Below are positions 26,405 to 41,895 of a DNA stretch of 64,000 nucleotides, in pieces; position 1 is the first letter of the stretch; every line of letters begins with the position of its first letter. This stretch comes from the human T2T-CHM13v2.0 reference genome, Homo sapiens, in the NCBI RefSeq assembly GCF_009914755.1, contig NC_060945.1. One strand, written 5' to 3'. The position numbers and the translations under genes are program-made. The notes beneath the pieces were generated by a model. That model had not been told where the DNA came from, did not search any database, and saw only the letters and a program-made list of their open reading frames with translations.

Positions 26405-27089
26405 GAAATGAGTTCAAATGAATTGTCAAACGTATGTGGGAAAAGTGGAATCAGTTTGTGAGAAAAAGCAAAAAACTCAACAGAAATGCTGATAAAGCAT
26501 CATCCCTTCATGGCTAGCGCTGCCAGGACACTAGAACACCAAAATCAGCTAGGGAAATTTTGTAGAAGTCCCAGATGTACTAAATGTTCTGTGAATACAC
26601 AGAGATATAATTATAACTGTTACCTGCATGTAGAGTAAAGATGAGAAGGCATTGGTCTTGGTGGCAGCTACCTCAGGAGTTACAAAGCAGACGTGGTCCC
26701 AGGACAGTATATGTCAGGGCAAAGCTGTCCTCAGAGGCTATTAGGAGCTGGTTATGGCACAGACATTGTAAGTCAGATGGTCTCATTACTTTCAATGACA
26801 AAACCAAAATTACTTTTGCATCAGCCTAATACAACGGCCTGGCAAGAGCACAGAAAAAGTCCCTGTGCTGTTAGGTGGGGACCTCTGATGCAGCACAATT
26901 CCTTCATTCCCTTCTCCAAAACCCCCTCTTCCAATTCCACTGAAGAGAGAATCTGATGGAAGTCCTGTGTAAGCAGGCTCAGATATAACTACCACTATAG
27001 ACAGTAGAGGTGATTCATAAATCCAAGCCTATCAAATACATCATAAATAAGTTACACGTTTAATTTTTTTTTGAAATTAGGGATCATGA

Positions 27090-27587
27090 TATAAAAGTTA
27101 TCAGAATCAAAACTGTCACTAATGTTTAAAAAGAAAAGAAAAAACCTGGACAAATCGATTCAGAGAAGGCCTTGAAGAGAGGGTTCTCGTGCTTCTAGGC
27201 CTGATACAAACTATCACAAAATACCACAAAATCCACAACCTTGCACAAAGGCCATAGCGACCTTACACAAAATACACTTCTGTGAGGACATGTATCCAGC
27301 AACCGCCTGCCCAAACTTCAACTGACATCGACCTTGTTGTTGATCTTTATAGTCAAAGGTAACTATATCAAAACAATTATAGAAGCCTCTTCATTTTTCC
27401 TTTATTTATTTTTTTCTACTCCCCCATAATTCCAGGTTGATCGCTTTTCTTTTAAAGACCTTGTCTTCCTTTACCATTTGAATCTACACAGTTTGCTTTG
27501 TCATGCATATTCCCATTGCAGTGCCCTCCTCCCTAAGATGTGTCTTTTTCGTTTAGAGAGCCTTTCTGTTTGTTATTTAGGTTTACA
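27090..27587 (+). mobile_element. Solo ERV1 LTR (LTR37-like)
   Basis: Ends ...gttatttaggtttaCA; 4-bp TSD ATGA on both sides; body caaccttgcacaaaggcc matches a recalled MER4-group LTR. Confidence 0.65.
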
Positions 27588-28883
27588 ATGAGAAGACGTG
27601 TAAAGTATTTTTACTGTCTTCCTAGGAAAAAATCACTGACTTACAATATTTATATTTATTTATTTACATTCCTGGGGATGAGGAATTAAAGATTTCACAA
27701 ATTTTCTTATTGAGAAGATCGAAGTTTTCATGTAAGCAAAACTGAATATGTAAATTATGCTGCAGATAATATGCTCAAATGTTTACTTGTATTTAATTTG
27801 TTACACATGAATATTGCATATGTAAGATAATATACTAAGAAATTATCACATTTAATGAAATGCTTTAATCAAATTCCTGATTGAATTTTTGATATCAATA
27901 TATTTTTCCTTGTTTAATCCATCTTTAGAGTGAACAGGGCTGTCTAGGCCAAAGTCCTCACTTCTATCTAAATTGTCTGAGTTACAGAACTTTTTGAATT
28001 TATTATGTTGTCACAGGAAGTTTCTTATTGCTTGTTTAAAGGAGTCTCTCTCAATATGATGCAGAATACAAAAGCACTGAAGGGCATATATCCTGAGTTT
28101 CTGTTACTGAAGCTAAAGGTTGCCAATTTCTTGTAGATCCTGCTAGAGTTAAACTTCATTTAAGTAATCATTAAAGGCTGCATTTATTCCCTCACTTGAA
28201 CTTTTGATTTCACACTATTAGGACTAATCCTCTAAGTCTTTGCTAAGTTATGTTCCTCCTTTTCTTGTGGCTTGACTCTGATGCTCTCTATATGCAACAT
28301 CAATTGACATAAAGTACATTCAGGGCAAGAGAGTTTCTTTAAATATTACTTTGTTATTCAAAATAATCACAAAAGCACTCATCGTAGGAAAACTTGTGAG
28401 GACTCAAATATAGGGAAATACTTTTTCTTTCTAAGGCACAATTCTCTAAAGAAGTTCACCTTAATTTGAATATACATGGGAAAATATCCTTGTTCACTAA
28501 TAGTCTATATTCACTCTGTTTTCTTCCCTCATAGACCAGCCGGTTCACTATTATTCTCCAAATGATGCGTGCCTCCCTAGAGTCCAGGCTATCTGCATAT
28601 CTAATTTTTCCCACAAATTACTGTTTTGAATTGCACTGAATTCAATTCAAGGGGATGTCATTTATAAACAGTGCAAATATATACTGCACGAGGGATCTTA
28701 GAAATCATACACATGGTTTGATCCATAAGCTCATATGAGCGTGCAATGTCAAGTTTTTTCGTGTTTTTTTAAATCCACTTAAATTCTATTTTAAGCCACC
28801 ATCTCCCTGTGCTGGTAGGGCAGTTAGCCTTCAATCATTTTAAGATGCTCCCCTCTAAGTACTGTGATAGTGATAGAGATATC

Positions 28884-29285
28884 ACCAGTCAGGTGTCCTA
28901 GGAAGCCGACTCCGAGTTGGAGATTTGCATGCAAGGAGGTTGAAATGATATTCCCAACACCTGTGGAAGAGTGAAAGCAATAGGATTGGGTGGAGCAGGA
29001 AGTCGGCTGGAATGCAATCACTATCATGGCCGCAGTCCACTCTACAGGGATCTTGGTGAGTTTACCTAATGAACTCGAATTGGAGCAAGAAAACCAGGCC
29101 ATTATATTTCTGTACCAAGCAGTTCTCGGATGTGGGATGCCTTGAGAAGGGACATGAACTTGGATGAAGGAACTTTACTGTGCTGTGAGTATTGTTGCCA
29201 GGAGTCAGCTGTCAACACTCCCAGGAGACGGGAAATTATGCTTTAGTCACTGAGGCAGCATCTAGTGTCAGACCACAGCCTTGTT
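28884..29285 (-). mobile_element. ERVL LTR (LTR16A-like)
   Basis: ggaagccgactccgagttggagatttgcatgcaagg...caacacctgtggaag...aggattggg...caacactcccagg. Confidence 0.65.
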
Positions 29286-29684
29286 AAACAGAGCCAGAAT
29301 TTGGAGGATGGTTGGTGGGTTTAACATTTGGGGCTTGACATCTTGTCCCCACAAGCTGCTGATGGCCTCTTCCTTGTCCATTTCTGTGTGGCCTGTTTAG
29401 GACCCCCAGCTTCCTGCTTCTTCTTTACCATATTTGGAATGCAAAAATCTACACGTAATTTGGCCCATGGTCCCTTCTGCTTAGACATATCCTTGTAGCT
29501 ATTTTTTTTAAAAGATGACTATGTCTTCTAGAATATTTCTAAGAAACTGCCTAAGTCACCACTGCTCACCAAGAGGCCTTTGTTTTTTCCTCTTCTTAAC
29601 CATGGGAAAGGAATGTAGGAGGGTAGGGAGTGGATATTTTCTAACCTGGAAAAAACTCATTTTACCCTATATAATTTTTGTTAG

Positions 29685-30233
<549 letters not shown>

Positions 30234-32666
30234 TTGCTTTGTAATTTTTACATCATATATCCCCTGTGTTAGACCAAGAGCTTGTAAAAGCCAGAAAACA
30301 TACACCATTTATAGTTCAATTAGAGATGTTCACTGATAAAACTGATTCTTCCATCTGAGGGTGGTATTTATAGTTACAGTAATGTAGATGACAATCTAAG
30401 TTATGTTCTATAAACTGTGTCACTGACACCTCAATCTACAGCTAACTTTAATTTTTTAAAAGCAGAGGAGTGGGTTGTATAGGTTTAGAAATGCATCCAT
30501 CAAGCTAGTTAAGTGAGATGGATTCAAACCTTCAACTCACTGGAATATTTACCAAATTGACTATTCATTAGCTAAAGGAGCCATATAAACAAGGTACTTT
30601 TTAAAATTCAAAATTATGTAAGGTTTTATTTCCTTTTTATGCAGTTATGAATTCTATTGTAGAGGTTATAAGGTAAAATAAGATTACTTTTACAGTAAAA
30701 CATGCAACATATTGTCACAAGAGGGAAGCCTTTGAACATGAATTGCTTCTCAGGAATTCCTTGAAATTTTGAGACAGTTACTTTAATTAACACAACTAAA
30801 TAATAAAACACTACAGAGGATCTAAGAAGATACTTTGACTTATGCATATTGTTACTTTTTTATTACTGGTAGTGGAAGATGTAATCCACAAGGAAGGCAA
30901 GGGCTGAATTTGTTTTATGTAAAAAGACAAATTTCTTTGGGTTTTAGCTTTCAAACATCAAGATAGTAGATCAATGTCTAAATGAGTCTATCAAAGTTCT
31001 CACACTAGCACATGTAAATCCACCTCTTATCTACCCAAAACTCTAAGCAAGCAAAGGCAAGTTGGAAGAATCAGACAAATGTAAGTGCCTAGGATACATA
31101 AATGCCACTGGATTTTGTTTTTAACTTTCAACCTCCCAAGTTTCACTAAGAGACATGTTATTTGGAGAGGTTGCTAAAGTGTAGTTGTATGATGTCTCTG
31201 TGTACGGTTGGTCTGGACTTCTTTCTGTCCAGTGGTTGCCCTTGACTGGTTAGAGTCACCTCTCTAAAGATCATGCTTACGTCCCTGGAGCAGTCCACAG
31301 CACTATCAATGTCTGACCTCCACCTTTTTCCAATTAATATTTCTGTACTTACTGAATTGGAAAACATACAGGTGTTTTTTGCCTGGTCACTTGTGGTTTT
31401 ACAACACTCCCCGCACTTCCGCACCACTGTCCCAGGTGATTTTGTTGCCAGCCAAAGTGTGAGAACTACTGGCAGCTGCTGGCAGACAGCAGCAAAGGCC
31501 CAAATCCTCTGTGTGATTTCAAGACCCCTATCTGGTTTTCAGCCATATTTCCTTCTCCTTCTCACAGCTGAGCCCACTCCTCCTCCCTCACCACCTGTAG
31601 GCTATGCTTTCCAGCCTGTGTCCAGGATTAGTCCTGATGTAAGGCACGTGGGGTTTAAGGATCTCTCTTTTCAGTCTTATTTCCGCACCATCGCTGACAG
31701 ATATATTCCAGTTGTAATCATGGGGCTACCTCCTTTTGTTTCCAGTCCCATGCTCATTTTCTCTATCACATTCTACCTTGTAATAACCTAAATCTTCTGG
31801 TGAGCAAGTTTCTTCCTCAATCAAATTTGTGTTTATGATTGTGTTGGGGATTGGCTTAGTAATCCAGGTGCTGCTGCTGCCTTGAAAGCAGAGACTGCAT
31901 CCTTCTGTCTGGATATCTTGAGTTTCTGGATTGTAAACCTTATTCGGGCCCATCTTTCCTAGAATTGGAGCCTCTACTTTGTTCTTGCTACTTTAGTTCA
32001 CCCAGAAAGCACGATCTCTGCCTGAATTTCAAAGTGTTGGCTAGCTTAAATATCCTTTTGTGAGACTTTTGTCTTCCTACGGGGTGATTTTTTCAACTTA
32101 GATACCATTGCTAATCTTTTTATCTTGAATGTAATTGAAATAGTTTTAATCTGTGTTACCAGCAACAAGAACCCCTTTTATGAGATGAAGAGGCCAGGTC
32201 AGTCTCATAACATGTGTCCCCCTCCGTGTGTTGAATTTATTTCAGAGCCAGGTTCTTTCCTATTTGACGTCTCTCACCAAATTCCAGTGTTTATGTCCTA
32301 GGAGGTGCCCAATAAATTCTAGAGTTGATACAAGCTGTAATTTTAGAGAAATTATATTAGCAAGTAGAATTAGATTATATACAACCTAATCAACTTTTTT
32401 TTTTCTGAGGATGACCAAGATTTGGGCTTCAGTGACAATAGTTGTCCCCTAAATATTTATACTCAAAATCTAGGATCACCAGTACAATGTTGAATAGAGG
32501 TGATGAACACACACATCCCTTTCTTGTCCTAATCTATGTGGTTTAAACATTTACGATTTCACCATTAAATATAGTATTGTTTATATGTTTTGTTGTGGAT
32601 GCTTTCCATCACTTCGAGAAAATTTCTTTTTCTAGCTTGCTGAGAGTTTTTATTTTTAAATCAGCA

Positions 32667-33282
32667 ATAGATATTTCTCCAAAGAAAATATCCAAATGAC
32701 CAACAGATACATGAAAAAAATGCTCAGCATCACTAATCAGGGATATGCAAATCAAAACCACAAAGAGATATTGCCTCAAGCCCATTAGAATAGTCTTATT
32801 AAAAGAAAAAGATAACGAGTGTTAACAATGGGGAGAAATTGGAACACTTCTACAGTGTTTCTGGGAAAATAAAACTGTGCAGCCTCTATGGAAAACAGTA
32901 CGATGGTTCCTCAAAAAAATTAAGAAAGTAGAACCACCATATGATCTAGTAGTCTCACTTCAGGTTATTTATCTGAAAGAATTGAGATTGGGATGATTCT
33001 CAGGCTCATTGCAGCATTATTTACACTAATCAAAATGTGGAAATAAGGTTAATGTCTATTGGCAGATGAATAGATAAAGAAAATGTGGTATATTCATACA
33101 ACGGAATATTATTCAGCTTTAAAACAAGAAAGCCTGTCAATATGCAACATGGATGAACCTAGAGGACATTAATGCTAAGTAAAGTAAATCAGTCACAGAA
33201 GGACAAACTGTATGATTCCACTTGTATAAAGTATCTAAGATAGCCAAATTCATTAGAGTCACAGATTAAAATGGTGATAGCT
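32667..33282 (+). mobile_element. L1MB-like ORF2 end and 3'UTR fragment nested in the opposite orientation
   Basis: atttctccaaagaaaatatccaaatgaccaacagatacatgaaaaaaatgctcagcatcactaatc...cagtcacagaaggacaaa. Confidence 0.8.
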
Positions 33283-34592
33283 CTTTAAGTTGAAGTCAAT
33301 TTTGCATTCCTAGGTTTTGTAATTTTGGTATCAGGATTCTGACTCATAAAACAAGTTTGGAATTTCCCCCTTCTTTATTTCTGAAATAATTTAAAAATTT
33401 TATTTTTTTTAAACATTTGAAAGAATTCACCAGTGAAATTCTTTGGATCTGGGGTTTGCTTATTTTTTATTTCTTTAATTTTGTGTTTTTATGTGCAGGT
33501 ATTTTACAATTAATTTAATTACTTTAATAAATGTCAATTACTTCATATGTTCCATTTAATCTTGTGAATTTTTTTATAAGTTTTTTTCAAGAAATTCACC
33601 CTTTCATCCAAGTAATGAAAATTTGTATAAAATGTTTCACAATATTCCATTATCTTGTTAATGTCTCTTGTGTCTACAACTGTACAATCTCATTAATCCC
33701 TGATATTTATAATTTGCGTTTTCTTTCTTTCTCACAGAACTTTTGGCCATGTTGATTTTCTCCTGTTTCTGTTTTCTGTCTCATTGATTTCTAATTTCTG
33801 TTTTATTTCCTTTCTTCTACTTGTTTTGGACTTAATTTGCTCTCTTGTTTTAGATTTTCTTTTTAAGGTAGAAAATTAGTTCACTTGTTTTGAACTTCTC
33901 TTTTCTAGAATAAGCATTTATACAAAAAACTTAATCTGGGTCTGCTTAACTTTATCCCATACATTTTGATATAGTATATTTTTATTTGTATTCAGTTCAA
34001 TGTATTTAAAGGTGTTTCTTATGATTTCTTCATTGAGCTAAAGGGCATTTTAAGGTGTATTTAAAACTTCCAATAGTGTACACTTTCCTGGGTAGCTTGT
34101 TTTTAACCATTTCAACTCATTTTCATTATGGTCAGAAAGCATACTTTCTATGATTACAGTGTTTTGAAACTTCTTGAGAGATATTTTGTGGTCTATAGCC
34201 TATTGATAAATGTTTCATGTGTAGCATAATAGAACATATATTCTATTGTCTTGATCAATATCGATTAGGTCAAGCTGTTGTCAAAATTATTTTATCTTAA
34301 TTTTCTTTAGTTATTCTGTCAGTAATACAGCATTATGTCTTCATAATTACTTGACATTTTATCATTGTGAAATAGCTGTCTGTTGTAATATTGCTTGTTT
34401 GGAGGTCTACTTTTTCTTATATTAATATAGCCACATAAGATTTCTTGTGCTTGTTGTTTTCTTGGTATACTTGGAAATTATTTTACTCTCAACTTATCTA
34501 TACCATAATATTTGGCATGCATCTCTTATAGGTACTTTTATTATCCAGTTGGACAATCTGTGTTTTATTTGGAGTATTTATATTTGAAATAA

Positions 34593-35003
<411 letters not shown>

Positions 35004-38000
35004 TGAACAATATTCAGGGTTCCATTTTAATTCCTTTATTGGCATTTTAGAAGAATATCTTCATATAATGTGGTGGTTCTCTAGGGATTATAATAAACAT
35101 CCTGGGCTTATCACAGTCCACTTACTGTTAATAGTCAACATTTTCATGTAACATAAAGAAAAGTTGTGGCAAAATTTTTGCGTTTAGTCTCCTGTCAGAG
35201 CTATTAATTTAGAATATTTTACTCTACATACATTATCAATAGTACACTTAATTTTTTATTTAAGCCATCAGTTGTTTGTTATAAAACTAAAAGAAAAAAG
35301 CCTTAGTTTTTCATGTTTATGCACATGCCATTCCTAGAGCTTCTCCTTGCTTCCTGTAGGTCAGAATTTCCATCTGTTGTTATCTTTCTTTAGCCTAAAA
35401 AATTTCCGTTTGCATTTCTTGTATCTAGGTCTGCTAATGACAGTTGTTCGAAGCTTTCTTTTATCTGAATAAATCTTTATTTTCTCAAGAATTACTTTTT
35501 CTAGTTATAGAATTTGGAGTTGACAGTTTTTTTTTTTAATTTTGAAGATGTAGTTTCATTGTTTTTTAAAGTGTCATTTCTGAAGACAGGTCATCTGTCT
35601 ATTTGTTTCCACGTATGTAAATTATTTTCTCCTTCCCTTTAGCTACTTTCAAGATTTACTCTTTTTTTGCCCAGTGGTTTGAGTATGGTATGTCTTCATT
35701 TGGTTCTCTTTATTTTTATTCTGTTCTTTGAGTTTCTTAAACCTGTAAGTTGATATATGCTGACAATTAGGAAAACTTTTGGTCTTTACTTTTTCAAATA
35801 GCTTTTTCGGTCTCATTTTCTTCTCTACTCTTTCTAGGACTCCAATTATATTAGTGCTAGACTGGCTCTATTTTTATTATTTTTCTTCCTTTGTATTAAC
35901 TGTATTGGGAAATTGTACTTGATCTGTTTTTAAGTGCACTGATAGTTTTTTCTGCCATCTTTAATTAACTGGTATGTGCATAAAATGACATTTTTATATA
36001 AGATATTCTGTCTCTCAGTTCTAAAATTTGTCCTATTATCTCTTTATCATTTTTACTTCTCTGTTGAGATTCTCCATATATTCTCTCTTATGACCATCTA
36101 TTCCTTAAATCCTTGAATATGCTTATAATAGCTTATTTTAAATTTCTTATCTTCTAATTCCAGCATGTGGGCCATTTCAATGTCTTAATCCATTGTTTAT
36201 TTTTTTGTTATGTGTCAAATTTTCCTGGTTCTATGTCTAGGCAGGTTAAATTATATGTTAGATTATGTTTATGATATTTTGTAGAGATAGGGTCTTTTAT
36301 TTTCCTTTGAAGAGTGACTCTTTTCTAACATTAGTCTTCTTTCTGTAGTCAAACACCAAACCTTCACTCCTGAGCTATATGCAATGGTTGAAATCTCTGC
36401 TCTGTTCTAGCAATTTAGCTGCTGTTTTCTGCTGGATTCTATGGAGTCTCTTTTTATGAATGTGAAATGTAGCAGCCATCATATATCTGAATGAAGTTTA
36501 AGTGCTGATTTTAGAGTTTTACTCTGTGACATTCTCCTCTGTGACTTTCAGTTTTGTGAGATTTCCTCCCATGTCATTCAAATTTCCCAGTTCTTCTTTT
36601 CTGTCAGCCTGGGACTCTGTGCTCTTATTCCTCAAGCTAGTAAAACTCACCACTTTACTCGTAGACACCTAATTTTGCACAGACTGGGAAGTGTCATCAG
36701 GTGTGAAGTTGCATTGATGCAAATTTAAATCATTGCAATTTTCTTTATTCAATGGTCGAATACTTCATCAGTGGTTGAATATTCTACTATTTCTGCCTGT
36801 TTTCTGTTTCTCATTACCATCAAATGTGTATTTAATTTTTTTAGAGCTAATAGTTTTTTCCCTGCATTTGAGTTAGACCTGAGCTACTACCACATTTTGT
36901 AATTCAAACTTTTTGTCTAACAATGTTTTAAAAAACTCTTTATTTGGAGGGAATTCTCAAATTTCTAAATACTCTACAAACATAAGTATTGGGGCTCACA
37001 TTCCCAGTTTCCCTTGTAGCCAGATGTACATATGGAACATGGCCTCAGCTAATTAAGCATACCCACATATTTGAAAGTAAGAAAAGTGTTAAGAGGAACA
37101 GTAGATATCATTTTAGTTGATGCAAGGATGGAAAAAAATAACCAACTTTCACTGGTGAACTTTGTCTTCAATCATTGTTTTCCCGTGGGTAAGTGGTTAA
37201 TTTTCTGGCCTAGAGGTGGAATTGGGGTGTTGGTAACAATTGATTTGATGATAACCTGCTTTTGTCTTTTCAAAAATTGCTAATCCACCATTGTTTCTGG
37301 TCCTCTTTTATACTTATGCAGTGTATAATCTCTCATGCAAAATTTAGTTCTTTGTTTCTCAGCTTAAACTGGATTTTGATGAGCAGTTTTCACCTTCAAA
37401 TGAAAGAAATGGCTTTGCTTGATGTTAGACAAAAATAACAAGAGGGAATTAAAGAAATATGTTTGTCATCTTGTAACATTAAATAAATGAAACTGAAAAT
37501 TCAACAATTCTGCTTCATAAAAAAATAGAAAGTTTCTACTGTTTTTCATTGTTTTCGAAGCTATATCATTAAATGAAATTTCTGCCTCATGGAAGGATTT
37601 TAGAACTATGCAATAATACCATACAGACCGTTAGGAGAGAAATGAATAAAAACTGAAAGAAGTAAGCACTGTGTGGTAACGTAGATGGCACACAGTTGTG
37701 TGCGTGGAGCCCTAATACATTTTACCATGGAATTTATACAATAAATGTTAGTTTCCTGTGAACCTGCTAATTAATATGACTTTCGCAGACATTTCCTTAA
37801 CCTAAACAGTATAGGTTTCCTGTAGATAGACTGCATGTATTCTCACCTTTAACCTTTCCATAATCTTCCCTAATTACAGATGTTGATGGTTCTTAATAGC
37901 AAAAGAACAGCAGCAGCTTATAAAGTTATATTATTTGTTTTTTACTAATATGTGAGGTGATTTTGTCTTTCATTTCACCTCTAGAGCTAATTATGTCTTC

Positions 38001-38828
38001 TAGGTTAACAAAAATTCCAGATCATACCATCATTAGTTTAAACTTTACAATGAACTCATTATTTCCATTTATTACTAGCCTGCATTATAGCAATATTTAG
38101 CCAATGAATTCTCAAAATATTTCTTGAAAGGTGAAAGAGTACCTCAAGTAAGTGGTGTAATTAATTTATTTATCAGAATTTTAAATTAAGTGTTCTGTTT
38201 AATCTCAAAGGGGTACCAATGAAGTTAGGGCATAAGGACTCCGTAGTTAATAAAATGGTAAGAATTAAAAAGGATTATTACATTTTTTCCTCATACTATG
38301 ATGGCTATAATTTTTTAAAACAGTAGAAATGTTTAATTTTTAAAGGCTACTAGTGTATATTTCGTTCAAAGATATGAGCTCTTCAGTTCAACTTTTTGTT
38401 TGAAATTTGAAAAGCTTTTTCTTGTTCTTGTTCAATACAGTTATTAAACAGTCTAGGCAGGCCTCCGGAGTTACATATGTGTATGTGGCTATGTGTGTAT
38501 ATATACACAGAAGTACAAATAGCATATAAACAATTTACATAAGAATTTTGCTTTTGATTAAAATTCTTCTAAAAGTGAATATAAATTAATAGCATATGGA
38601 GCCTACAGAAATTGTCTAATAGGGAAGTAGGAAAAGATAATTTGTGAAGAAAAAGTTCACTAAAACAGACTTTTTATTTTTACATGTAATAACATTATAT
38701 TGAAGGGTTTCCAGAAATATAAAATGTTATAGGGCACTTATCCTGAGACACACAAAGGAGACAAGGGATAGAGCCAGGATGGAAGTGAAAATAAAGGACA
38801 AATAGAGATAGATACTTAAGTGCAAATG

Positions 38829-39073
38829 AAACACTGCATGTTCTCACTCATAGGTGGGAATTGAACAATGAGAACACATGCACACAGGAAGGGGAACATC
38901 ACACACCAGGGCCTGTTGCGGGGTGGGGGGAGGGGGGAGGGATAGCATTTGGAGACATACCTAATGCTAAATGATGAGTTAATGGGTGCAGCACACCAAC
39001 ATGGCACATGTATACATATGTAACTAAACTACACGTTGTGCACATGTGCTCTAAAACTTAAAGTATAAAAAAA
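38829..39073 (+). mobile_element. L1PA (PA3-5-like) 3' end fragment
   Basis: catgttctcactcataggtggg...G-rich tract...aacttaaagtataaaaaaaa. Confidence 0.92.
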
Positions 39074-40993
39074 ATCATCAAACAGGTGGTAATTTTAAAA
39101 TATGGCTTTTCCAGGCAGCAAATTTTCTGAATGTATCACAAAAGGAGATAAATTGTGTGTATATGTAGATCATGTCAATGAAATAAACAATAAATGTTAC
39201 TTATTGGAATACTGAAAGTGGTAGATAATAAATAAATTATTTATATTTATGGTAAAAGCAATCAACTTGATTTTTAGGGGGTTCAATGACTTCCTGAAAA
39301 TATTCTCTCACAGATTTTCTCAGAGTGTCTAGTTGGCAAAAGCACAGCTCCAAATAGCTATTTCTGTCAACGTCTACAGAACATTTACAGTTTGATTTCC
39401 AAAAGTTTCCATTTCTACTGACCTTACAAATTTGTAAAATGAATGCCCACCAGGACAAAATATTAAGTGATAAAATTAATTGCATCCTACAAGTGAAAAT
39501 CTAGGCAAGGAAAATCTTCCTCCTTCTTAATGAATGATTTTTATGTCTCTTCATTCTTGTCCTTCTAGGTAGAGCAACACTCTGGAGACCTTCTTTTGAG
39601 GCATTTCACCACCAGAGTAAGTGTGATGTATGACTAATTAGTCCATCCAGAGGGAGTTGGTGAAATTAAATTGGAAGTTATTTCCTAATTGGCGTATCTT
39701 GGAGTAAAATTAATCTAATAACAGCTTTTGTAAGAGAGCATAAGCTTAAAAGACAACATTTTTCATTCAACTTTACCAAACAAAGTGCAAATTTAGGCGT
39801 CCAGTTGTGAAGTTTGGTTGTGTGAGGATTGTACGGTGAAGGTACCAGTGGACAACAGTTGCTCATCAAGCAAGTTTATACAAAAGCTTTCGGACAAGTC
39901 CAACTCTAGATAAAATTCTAAAGTATTTCATGCTTGTTTTCAGAGTTTCTTTTTCTCTCTCCAAGGTAACCCACATATCAAAAGACATATGGGTTTTGGG
40001 TAGAACTTCCTAAAATTGCTGGTGAGAAGTGTGCCATGCATAAGCATACTTCACTAGCTTGAATTTTCTGTTAGTCTCACAGGATACAATTACAATCCTG
40101 TATGCTTTTCTATCTCCACACACTCCTGAACATAGAAAGACCAAGTAACATCCCTGGTTAAGATGTGTACAGGTTACAAGACATGTCTAAATATATTCAC
40201 CAAGAGGTTTATTATTTTCACAGTGGCATTCACTAAATCAGTTGTCAGTGTAGCATTACTCAAGGAATAAGCAGGGTCTTTAATTTATCAAAGTTTGGAG
40301 TGCACCCCAAGTTGGACCACTGAAGCACATAACTATAGATAAGGTCACTCAAAAGCACAAATCCAGGTAATAAATATTCACTAGTAGTTTATATGCACTT
40401 AGCAATTTGAATGCTGGGAAGTGTAGCCCAGAAAATCAATCGACATGAAGCTATTAAAGAGGCATTCATGGCACCTGCACTTTGAATCTCTTCAGACTCA
40501 GGTTAAACAGGAGACACGGTAGCTGATGTATAGTGCAAAAACCCTTCCTCTTTCCTTTTTTATCTATGAACCTGCCCTTTTCAATGTTGTCTAGATGCCT
40601 GAAGGTATGAATACCCTTGATCTTAGTAAAAAATCGTACCACCCATCAGCAAAATCTCACTGATCAGTGTCTATGTTACCTCACCGACTTAGCCTTTTGT
40701 GTTGTTGTGGCCCAGGATGACAATGTTGACACAATCCAAACCAGTAGTTGGAAAGTTAATGTTGGATGCGTCTTTGACAATTGATGGAATGACCTGAAAT
40801 CAAATGTGAGGCAGTGGAGACACAAGAATGTTATTCAGGAAGTTAGTGATCTGTGGAGATACTAAATGAAATATCTGGAAGGAATTGTAATCTTGCAACT
40901 ATGCTTTTATGTGTTTTTTGACATAAACAGTTTCTATTTATGGTGGAGCTAGAGTGTCCATTTCCCATGAAGTTCCCATAGTGTTAACTAATA

Positions 40994-41362
40994 CAGTCGT
41001 GTGTCACTTAATGAGAGGGGTGTGTCTGAGAAATGCATTGCTGGACAATTTTATTATTGTATGAACATCACAGAGTTTACTTACACAAACCTAGATGCTA
41101 TAGCTGATTACATACCTAGGTTAGGTGGTATAACCTATTCCTCCTAGGCTACAAACCTGTGCAGCATGTTACTGTACTGAATACTGTAGGCAATTGTAAC
41201 ACAACAGTTAAGTATATCTATACTTATATATATACAGTAAGTGTATCTATACATGTCTAAACATACAAGAGGTACAGTAAAAATAGTGTTATGATTTTAT
41301 TGCACCACTGTCATACAAGTGCACTATCCTTGACCAAAATGTTGTTATGTGATGCATGACTG
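40994..41362. mobile_element. Tigger3a/MER7-like non-autonomous DNA transposon
   Basis: TIRs CAGTCGTGTG.../...ATGCATGACTG flanked by TA; internal cctaggctacaaacctg. Confidence 0.85.
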
Positions 41363-41856
41363 TAACAAAAGAATTAATTAAATATAATATTGAAGTGCCT
41401 ATTGAGATTTCAATGAAGAAAGGAATATTTGTAAATTCTGATTACCTTAAGTGGGAATTGACTTTCTTCCTGTTTCCATGGCTGTTCTTGTGAAAGAGCA
41501 TAGCTTTCCAAAGACCTGAAATCTCTGACAAATCTTGCAATTCTCTATAGCCTGCATTATGAAGGTCACTTGGTATCAAATGAGGCAAAATGGTAGATTA
41601 TAAAGACCTGTACTTTCTTGTCAGTTCCTAAACATAGCAAGCATTGGTCTATCTTGAACATTTCTGCAGTTATAAATGAGCCTTGGGTCATGATTTTCTG
41701 CCTTTTTATCGTAGACAAGATTTAATTTAGGAGATGTCCTTTTAATGCGTAATGTGAATAGTAAGTGCCACTTATGAAGACTATTTTCTTCCAGCCATTT
41801 TAATTGTCAAATCTGTCCAGTCAAGATGCATTGTTAGAGGCTTCACTGACAACACC

Positions 41857-41859
<3 letters not shown>

Positions 41860-41892
<33 letters not shown>
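41860..41892. repeat. (TG)n microsatellite, about 16 units
   Basis: Read directly from the sequence. Confidence 0.97.

Positions 41893-41895
<3 letters not shown>

Noticed and set aside
26634-28760. Other exon-like signals (donor ATT|GTAAGT at 26768; acceptor ttcttccctcatAG at 28534)
   Set aside because: Each lacks a convincing partner site and cannot be distinguished from background without transcript data.
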